The notes under the pieces are model-generated. The model was given only the letters and a program-made list of their open reading frames with translations. It made no database searches and had not been told where the DNA came from. Of a stretch of 47,849 nucleotides of DNA, positions 1-8,447 are shown piece after piece. Within the stretch, counting starts at the first letter, position 1, and each line of letters opens with the position of its first letter. Origin of the DNA: Nitrospirota bacterium (GTDB lineage: Bacteria > Nitrospirota > Leptospirillia > Leptospirillales > Leptospirillaceae); assembly GCA_027366615.1 (NCBI GenBank), contig DAHXNG010000030.1, positions 1 through 47,849 on the forward strand. The letters are read 5' to 3'. Both the position numbers and the translations under genes were made by a program.

Positions 1-24
1 GACGACTCAATAAAATTGGACTCG

Positions 25-924
25 CTATTCCTGCGCCTCCAGAAACGACGACGCCTCCCGCCCTTTGAGATGCTCCCGGACCACGAGCGCCATCGACAGG
101 AAGATGAGACCCATTCCGGCCCCCGTAGAAAGATTCGGAACCTCTCCCAGCTGGCCCCATGAGGCCAGGATCCCAACGGCCGGAGCCAGGAGTGTTCCCA
201 TACCGGCAACTCCTGAGGGAAGGCGGTTAAGTGCATAGGACCAGAGAAGCCAAGCCAGGGCATTTCCCGGGACGGCGTTGTAGAAGAGTGCCAAGGAGAG
301 GGCCGGCGTCCAATGGATTCTCCACGGATCAACGAGTGCGGCTACCCCCAGGAGGACAATTCCGCCAAGGAGCATCTGCCATGCCGTGACATCAAGGATG
401 TCCATGGCGAGCGCCCCGTGTTTCTTTTGCCAGACAGCAGACAGGGCCCAGAAGATTCCTGAAAGAAGCGCAAGCAGGATGCCCCTGCCCCCCTCCAGAT
501 GCCAAGGGGCGAGGATCAGGAGAAGACCCGCAAGGGCAATCCCCAGCGCAGCCTTCTCCAGACCCCGGATCCGCTCTCCAAGAAAAATAGCCGTCAGAAG
601 AACCAGCCACAGAGGCATCATGTAGACCAGGATGGCGGTCTTTCCGGCACCGCCGTATTCCAGGGCCCAGAGGGTACACCCCACAAATCCGGTCGACTGG
701 AGAAGTCCCAGAGGAAGAACGTAGCGGACTGGGGGCATGGCGAGAGGACGGCCCATCGCACGAAGGATCGAAAAGAGGACAAGAGTTCCCCCGAGAACTC
801 GCATCGCCGCAAAGAGAAGCGGCGGACAGTCCGCCAGAGCGGTCTTCATGACGACCCAGTTGTAGCCCCAGATCAGAGAGAGCAAGAGCAGGGCAAGGGC
901 GGGAAAGAGGGGAGTCTGTCTCAT
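25..924 (-). CDS. EamA/DMT family transporter
   Basis: About 10 hydrophobic helices in two repeats; IWGYNW and LAWLLW...L..LP motifs typical of EamA. Start moved to ATG 924 (MRQTPLF), 16 nt after the upstream stop. Confidence 0.88.
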   Translation of the reverse strand: MRQTPLFPALALLLLSLIWGYNWVVMKTALADCPPLLFAAMRVLGGTLVLFSILRAMGRPLAMPPVRYVLPLGLLQSTGFVGCTLWALEYGGAGKTAILVYMMPLWLVLLTAIFLGERIRGLEKAALGIALAGLLLILAPWHLEGGRGILLALLSGIFWALSAVWQKKHGALAMDILDVTAWQMLLGGIVLLGVAALVDPWRIHWTPALSLALFYNAVPGNALAWLLWSYALNRLPSGVAGMGTLLAPAVGILASWGQLGEVPNLSTGAGMGLIFLSMALVVREHLKGREASSFLEAQE

Positions 925-940
925 GGGGACTCCAGGATAA

Positions 941-2017
941 TCAGGGGGTGAAGTCCGGAAAGAGCCGGGATAGGGCTTTTCGAACCGGAGGAAAAAAAAG
1001 ATCCGTATCGAGCTCCGGAAGTCCAGGGAACCCAAGCCTTCTCACGGCAATTTCCATACGCCGGGACAGAAGTTCCGCCAGCGGCCCCTCCCCCCGCATC
1101 CGGACGCCGAACCGGGCATCGTAGAGCTTTCCGCCGTGGTACTCCCGGAGGCGGGAAAGAACCGATGCAGCCTTGTCGGGGAAATGGTGAGTGAGCCATT
1201 CCGAAAAAAGGTCGCGAACCTCAAGGGGCAGACGAAGGAGAATATGGCCGGCAGAAAGGGCCCCCGCCTCCCGGGCTCTCTCGAGAATCGACTCCGGTTC
1301 GTGGCAGGTGAGTCCGGGAATGACCGGAGCCACCAGAACCCCCGTCGGCACCCCCACCGAAGAAAGCCTCTTCAGGGTTTCGAGTCGGCGCAAGGGAGTG
1401 GTCGCCCGGGGTTCGAGGCGCCGTGAGAGCCCCTCATCGAGTGTGGGAAGCGAGATGTAAACATGGACAAGCCTTCGGGTCGCCATAGAGGAGAGAAGGT
1501 CGAGATCACGCTCGATCAAGGAAGACTTTGTGACGAGGGTAACAGGATGGGAGGCCCGATCGAGAACCTCGAGGAGCCCCCTGGTGATCCGAAGGGATTC
1601 TTCGACGGGCTGGTAGGCGTCGGTGTTGATCCCCAGTGCGATGGGGACCGCCTTGTATCCCTTATGCGAAATCTCCCCCTCAAGAAGCCGGGGTGCCTCT
1701 TTTTTAAAGAGGATCGTCCGTTCGAAGTCGAGCCCGGGCGAGAGGCCCACCGTCGCATGGGACGGGCGGGCAAAGCAGTAGATGCACCCGTGCTCGCAGC
1801 CGCGATAGGGGTTTACCGAACGGGAAAAACCCACATCAGGAGAGTCATTTTCGGTGATGATCGTCCGGGCCGTCTCGGCAATGAGCCGGGTGCGGTTGTC
1901 GAGAGACGGTCCATCGTTTCCGTCGGTGACGAACTCCCGCCGCTCTTTTTCGAAGCGGTTGTCCGGGAGGGAGAGGGCTCCCCGACCCCGAAGAGGCTCG
2001 GGCGGAATGCGGCTCAT
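941..2017 (-). CDS. PA0069-family (SplB-like) radical SAM protein
   Basis: N-terminal RGRGA...NRFE; NDSPDVGFSRSVNPYRGCEHGCIYCFARPSH (CxxxCxxC); NTDAYQP, LRLPLEV and FGVRMRGEG are characteristic of the family. Confidence 0.88.
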   Translation of the reverse strand: MSRIPPEPLRGRGALSLPDNRFEKERREFVTDGNDGPSLDNRTRLIAETARTIITENDSPDVGFSRSVNPYRGCEHGCIYCFARPSHATVGLSPGLDFERTILFKKEAPRLLEGEISHKGYKAVPIALGINTDAYQPVEESLRITRGLLEVLDRASHPVTLVTKSSLIERDLDLLSSMATRRLVHVYISLPTLDEGLSRRLEPRATTPLRRLETLKRLSSVGVPTGVLVAPVIPGLTCHEPESILERAREAGALSAGHILLRLPLEVRDLFSEWLTHHFPDKAASVLSRLREYHGGKLYDARFGVRMRGEGPLAELLSRRMEIAVRRLGFPGLPELDTDLFFPPVRKALSRLFPDFTP

Positions 2018-2110
2018 CGCCTGACATCCTCCCCCGGGGGCCCGGGGTGAGCCTGATATCGACCCGGAGGCTCCTCCGGAGCTTCTCCGAGATTCCGGGC
2101 GACGATCATG

Positions 2111-3478
2111 CTACTCTTCCGGGAGCTCGGGGACCCCAACCTCCCAGGCCTCGAGGTCGAAAGGACGACCGCGCACGATACGGCAATCGACGATCTCTCC
2201 CGGCTTTCCCTGTCCCGAGAGAACCAGAACCTCCCCGTCGATGCCATCGGGGGCCATCCCTTTCGTGCGGCCGGAAAGAACGAGATCCGACTGCTCAGAG
2301 AGTCCTTCGATCAGAACCGGCACGACCTGCCCTTCCAGTGCCCGGTTCTTTTCGAGCGAGATCCCTCCGCAAAGGGCCAGGAGATCCTTCCGACGTCGCA
2401 TCCTGATCCGGTGGGGGATCTGTCCCGGCAGATCATGGGAGGGGGTCCCCTCCTCCCGGGAAAAGGCAAAGACGCCGACATGGTCGAACCGGGCCCACTC
2501 CGCGAACTCCATAAGAGACTGGAACTCCTCCTCCGTCTCCCCCGGAAATCCGGTGATGAAGGTGGTCCGGAGAACAACCCCCGGAAGGGCCGTACGAACC
2601 CGGTCGACAAGTCGTTTCATGAAGTCGACGTTTCCTGGCCGTTTCATCAGGCCAAGAATGCGCTCCTCCACATGCTGGAGAGGGATGTCGAGGTAGGGAA
2701 GGACCGTCCGGGAACGGGAGATGACAGAAAGAAGCCGCTCGGTCACCAATGTCGGATAGGCATAGAGAAGTCGGACCCATGGAACCCCTCCCTCACCATC
2801 GATTCGTTCGAGAAGATCCGCCAAACCGTCAGGGAGCCCCAGATCATGGCCGTAACGGGTCAGATCCTGCGCGATGAGGGTCACCTCCTGCGTCCCGCGG
2901 GCGCCAAGGTCCCGGATCTCCGCCAGAACTTCTCCGGGAGGGCGGCTGACCTGAGCGCCCCGCGCCAGGGGGATCGAGCAAAAGGTGCACGGATGGTCGC
3001 ATCCCTCGGAGACCTTCACGTAGGCACGATGGGGAGGGGTGAGCCGGGCAGAGGAGAGAGGAAAGAGCGAAGGTCGTATGGGCGCGGGGGCAATGCCCCC
3101 CCCACCGACAGAGTCAAGAATCTCCCCCAGCCGGTGCTCGTCGAAGGTGGTCAGGGCCAGGTCGATCTCCGGGATAAGCTCCCCCATCTGATCGCGGTAG
3201 CGGGAGACGAGACAGCCGGCCCCCACGAGGAATCGGGCCTTGCCCTCCTCCTTGTAGCGGGAGAGCTCAAGTAAGGTCTCGACCGACTCCCGGCGGGCAT
3301 CGGTGACAAAACTACAGGTATTGACGAGAAGAATCTCGGCCTTTTCGAGGTCCGGGACGACCTGATAGCCCCGGGAGGACAGGTCGCTGATCATCCGCTC
3401 CGTGTCGGAGGAATTCTTGGGGCATCCAAGGCTTACGATCCCCACAGTTTTCTCGTTCCAGCTGATCTCTTTTTTCAT
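2111..3478 (-). CDS. rimO: Ribosomal protein S12 methylthiotransferase RimO
   Basis: SLGCPKN, VNTCSF, EGCDHPCTFCSIP radical SAM motif, and a C-terminal TRAM domain (APDGIDG). Confidence 0.95.
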   Translation of the reverse strand: MKKEISWNEKTVGIVSLGCPKNSSDTERMISDLSSRGYQVVPDLEKAEILLVNTCSFVTDARRESVETLLELSRYKEEGKARFLVGAGCLVSRYRDQMGELIPEIDLALTTFDEHRLGEILDSVGGGGIAPAPIRPSLFPLSSARLTPPHRAYVKVSEGCDHPCTFCSIPLARGAQVSRPPGEVLAEIRDLGARGTQEVTLIAQDLTRYGHDLGLPDGLADLLERIDGEGGVPWVRLLYAYPTLVTERLLSVISRSRTVLPYLDIPLQHVEERILGLMKRPGNVDFMKRLVDRVRTALPGVVLRTTFITGFPGETEEEFQSLMEFAEWARFDHVGVFAFSREEGTPSHDLPGQIPHRIRMRRRKDLLALCGGISLEKNRALEGQVVPVLIEGLSEQSDLVLSGRTKGMAPDGIDGEVLVLSGQGKPGEIVDCRIVRGRPFDLEAWEVGVPELPEE

Positions 3479-3502
3479 AAGAACCTACGATCGTGTTACA
3501 AT
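3474..3502 (+). promoter_or_regulatory. Candidate sigma70 promoter for the 3562 gene
   Basis: TTCATA (3474-3479), 17-nt spacer, TACAAT (3497-3502) preceded by an extended -10 TG. The -35 box overlaps the rimO start codon. Confidence 0.45.
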
Positions 3503-3561
3503 CGGAAAAATTTCCTGAAGCCTTCCGTCCACCCCGGCACTAAACCACAAGAAAGAGACCG

Positions 3562-4017
3562 ATGATAATAAAACTTGTCCTGGCCGTCGCCATCGCAGTC
3601 ACCATCCTGATTGCCTATTCGATGGGAAAGAATGAGGACAACGCCAAGGTCAACGACATGAGGTCACAGCTTGATATGCTCAAGGCCCAGCTCGGCACCC
3701 AGGGAAAAAACATCAAGGAGTCCTATGACCGGCTCCACCGCTCTCTCAACCTTCATATGGCAGAGACAAGCATCGAAACAGCCATTCACGATACCCTCGA
3801 CGAGAATTTCGGAGAGGCTCGGATCGCGGTCGGCTCGGCGAAAAAATACCTCCAGCACTCAGAAGGCAAAGAGGTCTCAGCTGGCGAGATCTCCGTTCTG
3901 AGCGGGGAGCTCGACCGGGCTGCCCACAGCCTGGAAGCCCTCGATCGTTCCGCCATCAAGAGCCTTTCGGCCGTCGAGCAGCGCATCCGCGATCTGATCG
4001 CAAAGAACGCCCGATAG
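3562..4017 (+). CDS. Hypothetical protein with N-terminal TM/signal segment and helical or coiled-coil body
   Basis: 151-aa ORF filling the gap; hydrophobic N-terminus followed by amphipathic helical sequence; purine-rich SD-like AAGAAAGAG upstream. Confidence 0.75.
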   Translation: MIIKLVLAVAIAVTILIAYSMGKNEDNAKVNDMRSQLDMLKAQLGTQGKNIKESYDRLHRSLNLHMAETSIETAIHDTLDENFGEARIAVGSAKKYLQHSEGKEVSAGEISVLSGELDRAAHSLEALDRSAIKSLSAVEQRIRDLIAKNAR

Positions 4018-4024
4018 GAAAAAC

Positions 4025-4186
4025 CTATTTGCCGGATTTGAGACGCTTGAAGAACCCCTGATAGGGAATCTCCGGGCTGTTCATAACGACAATCTGAACG
4101 AGCTCCCACCCTTCGAGACCCAGGAAGTTCAGCTGGTTTTCGACCTGTTCCCGACTGACCGGGACAACCCTGTACTCCCAGATCAT
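4025..4186 (-). CDS. Small DUF4177-like protein (53 aa; absent from the ORF track)
   Basis: Hand translation MIWEYRVVPVSREQVENQLNFLGLEGWELVQIVVMNSPEIPYQGFFKRLKSGK* matches the WEY...LNxLGxEGWELV...FKR pattern; starts 9 nt after the upstream stop. Confidence 0.85.
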   Translation of the reverse strand: MIWEYRVVPVSREQVENQLNFLGLEGWELVQIVVMNSPEIPYQGFFKRLKSGK

Positions 4187-4195
4187 GGCCACGGA

Positions 4196-4399
4196 CTACC
4201 CTTCCTTGGCAGGAGCTCCGGCCGAGGGACCTGCCTGGCGCTTTTTCTTGCCTGCGGTGCGGCGAACGATCTTCTTGAGCCGGCGAAGCTCGGGGTCGGC
4301 CTTCCGGCCTTCGGCGGGGACCTCGCTCTTGCGCTTCTTAAGCAGTTCCTTTGTTACCGACATTCTTTTTTCGAGTTTTTCTGAGATTGCCTTAGTCAT
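4196..4399 (-). CDS. Small highly basic hypothetical protein (67 aa)
   Basis: Strong SD GGGAGG just before ATG 4399; 22 of 67 residues are Lys/Arg; co-oriented between rlpA and the DUF4177-like gene. Confidence 0.75.
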   Translation of the reverse strand: MTKAISEKLEKRMSVTKELLKKRKSEVPAEGRKADPELRRLKKIVRRTAGKKKRQAGPSAGAPAKEG

Positions 4400-4438
4400 T
4401 GTTCCTCCCTTTAAACGGGTTGTGTGTTGTTCACGCAA

Positions 4439-5194
4439 TCAGCGCGAATCGGCCTCCACTACGAAGGCGTGTCCCAGTTCGCTCTTGACCCGGCGGGCAA
4501 ACTTCCTGGCCTGCTCGGGATTGCGAAAGTGTCCGATAAAGACCCGATAGACCCGACGGCTCCCCACATTCCCCCTCCCGACGACCGGGTCGGGGTACCG
4601 GGCAAGGCTCTGTGCATAGCGGGTCGCCTGGTCATAGGCGGAAAACGAGGCAACCTGGACGACATAGGTCGCAGGAGAGATTTTTTTCCCTCCGGGGACG
4701 CCCAGAACCGTTATCTTGACGAGCCCCGTCCCGGGACCGATAATCCCGATGCGGTTGGCCGCCTCCCAGGAAAGATCGATGATTCGTCCGGAGACAAAAG
4801 GACCACGATCGTTGACCGTGACATCGACCGAGCGGTCGTTGGCCAAATTCGTGACGCGAACCTCTGTTCCCAGGGGAAGGGTCCGGTGAGCTGCCGTCAG
4901 GTCATGCTTATGGAAGATAGCGCCGCTGGCCGTTTTCTTTCCGTAAAAGGTCGGACCATACCAGGAGGCCCGGCCAACCTGAGTCAAGCCCGGCTCCCCG
5001 GGAAGAACAGCCGTGTCCTGGTATCCAAATCGAGCAATACTGGCGGAATCTCCTCCCGCATGTCCCCAGGAAATGGGCTTCCCGATCTCCGAGGCACAGG
5101 AGGCCAAAAGACAGAGCATCCCGATGGCTGTCATTCGTCGGACCTGACACATCCTTTGGATTCCCTCCATTGTCGACTCTACGTCCCGAGTCAT
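4439..5194 (-). CDS. rlpA: Septal ring lytic transglycosylase RlpA family lipoprotein with SPOR domain
   Basis: Lipobox LLASC; GRASWYG, TAAHRTLPLGT, VNDRGPF and RIIDLS (DPBB domain); C-terminal YVVQVASF...YRVFIG (SPOR). The start could be a later Met. Confidence 0.92.
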   Translation of the reverse strand: MTRDVESTMEGIQRMCQVRRMTAIGMLCLLASCASEIGKPISWGHAGGDSASIARFGYQDTAVLPGEPGLTQVGRASWYGPTFYGKKTASGAIFHKHDLTAAHRTLPLGTEVRVTNLANDRSVDVTVNDRGPFVSGRIIDLSWEAANRIGIIGPGTGLVKITVLGVPGGKKISPATYVVQVASFSAYDQATRYAQSLARYPDPVVGRGNVGSRRVYRVFIGHFRNPEQARKFARRVKSELGHAFVVEADSR

Positions 5195-6164
5195 TTTTCC
5201 CCCCTCCGGTCGATCCCCGAACCCCCCGGAAATCCACCCAGACATCCAGGATCCCCACCAGGGCAAAGATCGCCAGAAAGAGCGGTTGAAGCAGAATAAA
5301 AAATCCGGCGACAAACCAGAACCAGAGACCGAAGCCCCTTTTTCTGATGTAGTTTACCAAAATGGCGACTCCCTGTCCCGAGTAGAGGGTCCCCAGAAGC
5401 ATCAGGAGATTTGTGCCGAATATCCGCACGTCGAGGGAGGGGACCAGTAGCAGGGCCAGGGAGGCAATGAAGCCAAAGACCAGAGGATCCGGAAGGAGAA
5501 AGGTCTCCGGCCCCGTCCCCCGGACCACTTCCCCGGTCTTCTCCCGCAGCGCCGTCGTCGTTCCCCAAAGGACCATGGCGGTCAAAAGCCCGAGGCTTGC
5601 AAAAAGTCCGGGGATCAAGGCGAGGAATGTCTTGTATATCATCGGCTCAAGGGCAAGTAGCCGGGTCTTGTCGTCGGGAGTCAAGGTCGACTGGGCATTC
5701 TGGATGGCCGTATTCATCACGAGAAGAACCGCCTGGTGCACGGCCTTTGAAACAGCGGTCCATAGCTCGCCGCTCGTCCTCTCATAAAGTAAAAATCCGA
5801 CCCCCCCGAGAAAAACAAGGATCTGGGTCGCGGCAAGGAGAATGATCCAGAGAGACTTGGTCCCCCGCTGGAGAGCTGCGGCGACAACAAGAGCAGGAAG
5901 GCCGCAAAGCCCAACGTAGAGAAGGACGGAAAGCCCAGGCATGGGGTTCTTGAGGAGGGATGCCAGGAGAAAGACCAGTCCGCCAGATGTCACCATGGCG
6001 CCCGTTCCCAGAAGAAGCGCCGGATAGCGGAGCTGAGCCAGCACGACCGGAACCCCTGCAAACATTGCCACAAAAATCCCCATCCGCGGAAAGGTCAGAA
6101 GGGAGAGAAACAAAGCCGATGAGAAGGAGACCGCCGACAAAAATGGCGCAGCGGGAAAGGGCAT
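4908..6164 (-). CDS. YybS/DUF2232 family membrane protein (C-terminus probably a read-through)
   Basis: Multi-pass hydrophobic protein directly after rpsR, with the family-like QG.A...GILDVWVDFR ending. The ORF then runs about 95 more codons into rlpA. Confidence 0.8.
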   Translation of the reverse strand: MPFPAAPFLSAVSFSSALFLSLLTFPRMGIFVAMFAGVPVVLAQLRYPALLLGTGAMVTSGGLVFLLASLLKNPMPGLSVLLYVGLCGLPALVVAAALQRGTKSLWIILLAATQILVFLGGVGFLLYERTSGELWTAVSKAVHQAVLLVMNTAIQNAQSTLTPDDKTRLLALEPMIYKTFLALIPGLFASLGLLTAMVLWGTTTALREKTGEVVRGTGPETFLLPDPLVFGFIASLALLLVPSLDVRIFGTNLLMLLGTLYSGQGVAILVNYIRKRGFGLWFWFVAGFFILLQPLFLAIFALVGILDVWVDFRGVRGSTGGGKNDSGRRVDNGGNPKDVSGPTNDSHRDALSFGLLCLGDREAHFLGTCGRRFRQYCSIWIPGHGCSSRGAGLDSGWPGLLVWSDLLRKENGQRRYLP

Positions 6165-6171
6165 GTTCAGA

Positions 6172-6402
6172 TCAGTTTTCCTCGGCAAATGCGAGGAATG
6201 CCACATTTCTCGACTGTTTGATCGCCTTGGAGACCGCCCTCTGGTGATGGGAGCAGGTTCCGGTAAGACGGCGGGGAAGAATCTTTCCGCGCTCGGTCAA
6301 ATAGGAGTGAAGGGTGGTCTGATCCTTGTAATCGATTGCCAGGGTCTCGGTGCAAAAACGGCATACTTTTTTTCTCTGAAACGAACGGGCCTGACCTGCC
6401 AT
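6172..6402 (-). CDS. rpsR: 30S ribosomal protein S18 (zinc-binding type)
   Basis: RKKVCRFC...IDYKD...[19 protein letters not shown]. Confidence 0.98.
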   Translation of the reverse strand: MAGQARSFQRKKVCRFCTETLAIDYKDQTTLHSYLTERGKILPRRLTGTCSHHQRAVSKAIKQSRNVAFLAFAEEN

Positions 6403-6448
6403 TGGAAACTGTCCTTTCCTCTATATCCGGGTGCACCGGAAAAGGTGA

Positions 6449-6467
6449 GGAGTGTCATTGACACTCC
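6449..6467. repeat. Perfect 9-bp inverted repeat GGAGTGTCA-T-TGACACTCC
   Basis: Directly visible in the ssb-rpsR intergenic region. Confidence 0.8.
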
Positions 6468-6474
6468 AATGATT

Positions 6475-6909
6475 TTAGAACGGGATATCCGATTCCGGCC
6501 CCTGAAATCCTGACCCGGATCCAGGATCGGGGTAGGAGTCCTGCGAACGTCCTCCCTGGTCTGACTGTCCCCCACCGGACCGCTTTGGCGGACCAACGAA
6601 GGTCAAGGTTTGTACGATCACCTCGACCTTTGAGCGCTTCTGCCCTTCCTGCTCCCATCGGTTCTGCTGGAGGCGTCCCTCAATGAGGATGGGCATTCCC
6701 TTGGAAAGGTAGTCACGAACGAAGTCAGCCTGCTTGCCGAAGGTCACGCAATCGATGTAGCTGACATCGTCCTTCTCGTCTCCCGCCTTGCCGCGGTTGT
6801 TGTTGATGGCCAGGCTGAAGGATCCGACAGGCATTCCCCCTCCCGTCACCCGGATTTCGGGATCACGAGTCAGATTCCCCATCAGGACAACCTTGTTGAA
6901 GCTGCTCAA
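6475..6909 (-). CDS. ssb: Single-stranded DNA-binding protein
   Basis: NKVVLMGNLTRDPE OB-fold start, Gly/Ser-rich linker and C-terminal DIPF. Confidence 0.98.
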   Translation of the reverse strand: MSSFNKVVLMGNLTRDPEIRVTGGGMPVGSFSLAINNNRGKAGDEKDDVSYIDCVTFGKQADFVRDYLSKGMPILIEGRLQQNRWEQEGQKRSKVEVIVQTLTFVGPPKRSGGGQSDQGGRSQDSYPDPGSGSGFQGPESDIPF

Positions 6910-7292
6910 ATGGCCTCTCCTTCAGGTGCTCCCGCAAACGCCGCACCCGCTTCGGTGTTCTGTGCCCCCGACTCCGAGGAGGATTCCAAAGTCGGAACGA
7001 CAAGGAACTTTTTCCGGAGGATCATGCTCTTGATGACACGCTCGTCCAGCCGGGCCACACGCTCGATCTCGAGCTGGTCGGAGGGACTCTTGAACTCGGC
7101 ATACAGTATAACATAATCGGCCTTCTTCTCCTTGCGCAACTCGTAGGCGAGTCTCTTCTTGCCCAGACGCTGGGTCGCATGAAGGCGTCCGCCTTTTTCT
7201 TCGACAATTTTCTCATAGCGAGAGACGACTGCCTGGGCTTCCTCGTCGGACAGCGTCGGCTTCAGAAGAAGAACACATTCGTAGAAGTACAT
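6906..7292 (-). CDS. rpsF: 30S ribosomal protein S6
   Basis: YEC.LLLKP and GKKRLAYEL motifs; position before ssb-rpsR. Confidence 0.96.
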   Translation of the reverse strand: MYFYECVLLLKPTLSDEEAQAVVSRYEKIVEEKGGRLHATQRLGKKRLAYELRKEKKADYVILYAEFKSPSDQLEIERVARLDERVIKSMILRKKFLVVPTLESSSESGAQNTEAGAAFAGAPEGEAI

Positions 7293-7348
7293 GGATCAAA
7301 CCTCCCTTGGTTTTTCCTGGAATCTCTCCAGGGCATTTCAGATTGTAT

Positions 7349-8443
7349 CTAGACGTGAAAGCGGAAATAGACGACGTCACCGTCTTGAACGACATACTCT
7401 TTGCCCTCGAGGCGAAGGAGCCCCTTCTCCTTGACCGCCTTTTCCGAGCCCAGCCTGTCGAGATCCTCGTATCGCATGACCTCGGCCCTGATGAATCCCC
7501 GCTCGATGTCGGAGTGGATCTCTGCCGCCGCCTTGGGTGCGGTTGTTCCCTGGGGAACGGTCCAGGCGCGAACCTCGACCTCTCCCGCCGTCAGAAAGGT
7601 CACAAGCCCCAGAGAGCGGTAACCTTCCGTCACCAGACGATCAAGCCCCGAACGGTCGAGCCCCAGCTCCCGGAGAAAGGCGGCGCGCTCCTCTTCGGGA
7701 AGCTCCGCGATCTCCGCCTCCCATTTGGCACAGATCGGAATCAGGACCCCGCCCCTCTTCCCGATCGCCTCCTCAAGCTTTTTCACCCGCTCCGAGGGAG
7801 CGCGAACCTCCGTCTCCGCCACGTTGGCCACATAAAGGGCGGGCTTGTCGGTCAGGAGCCCGAGCCCCTTGCGAAAGCTCTCCGCCAGCGGGTCGGTGGC
7901 AACTCCAGAAGCCGGCCTTCCCTCTTCCAGTGCGGAAAGGATAGCCGTAAATGCGGGCTTCTGGACCTCTTGCTCCTTTGTGGCCGACTTCCACTGCTTC
8001 TCGAGCTTGGGGAGCCGGGCCGACAAGGAGGAGAGGTCGGAGAGCAAGAGCTCGGTCTCGATGACCTCGAGGTCGGAGAGAGGATTCACCTCCCCGTGCA
8101 CATGGGTGATATCTCCATCCTCGAATCCCCTGAGAACGTGCACGACGAGATCGACCGAACGAATGTGCCCCAGGAACTGGTTGCCCAGCCCTTCACCCTC
8201 GCTTGCCCCCTTCACAAGTCCAGCGATATCCACGAACTCGACGGTCGTGGGAACGGTCTTGCGGGTTTGATACATCGCCGAAAGACGTCCGAGCCGATGA
8301 TCCGGGACAGGAACGATCCCGGAATGGGGATCGATGGTGCAGAAGGGGTAGTTCGCCACGGGAACGGCCGAAGCCGTCAACGCATTAAAAAGAGTGGACT
8401 TCCCCACATTGGGAAGACCGACAATACCACAGGACAACCCCAC
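7349..8443 (-). CDS. ychF: Redox-regulated ATPase YchF
   Basis: GIVGLPNVGKSTLFNAL, ANYPFCTIDP, DIAGLVKGAS.GEGLGNQFL and a TGS C-terminus; GTG start at 8443. Confidence 0.97.
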   Translation of the reverse strand: MGLSCGIVGLPNVGKSTLFNALTASAVPVANYPFCTIDPHSGIVPVPDHRLGRLSAMYQTRKTVPTTVEFVDIAGLVKGASEGEGLGNQFLGHIRSVDLVVHVLRGFEDGDITHVHGEVNPLSDLEVIETELLLSDLSSLSARLPKLEKQWKSATKEQEVQKPAFTAILSALEEGRPASGVATDPLAESFRKGLGLLTDKPALYVANVAETEVRAPSERVKKLEEAIGKRGGVLIPICAKWEAEIAELPEEERAAFLRELGLDRSGLDRLVTEGYRSLGLVTFLTAGEVEVRAWTVPQGTTAPKAAAEIHSDIERGFIRAEVMRYEDLDRLGSEKAVKEKGLLRLEGKEYVVQDGDVVYFRFHV

Positions 8444-8447
8444 ACCA

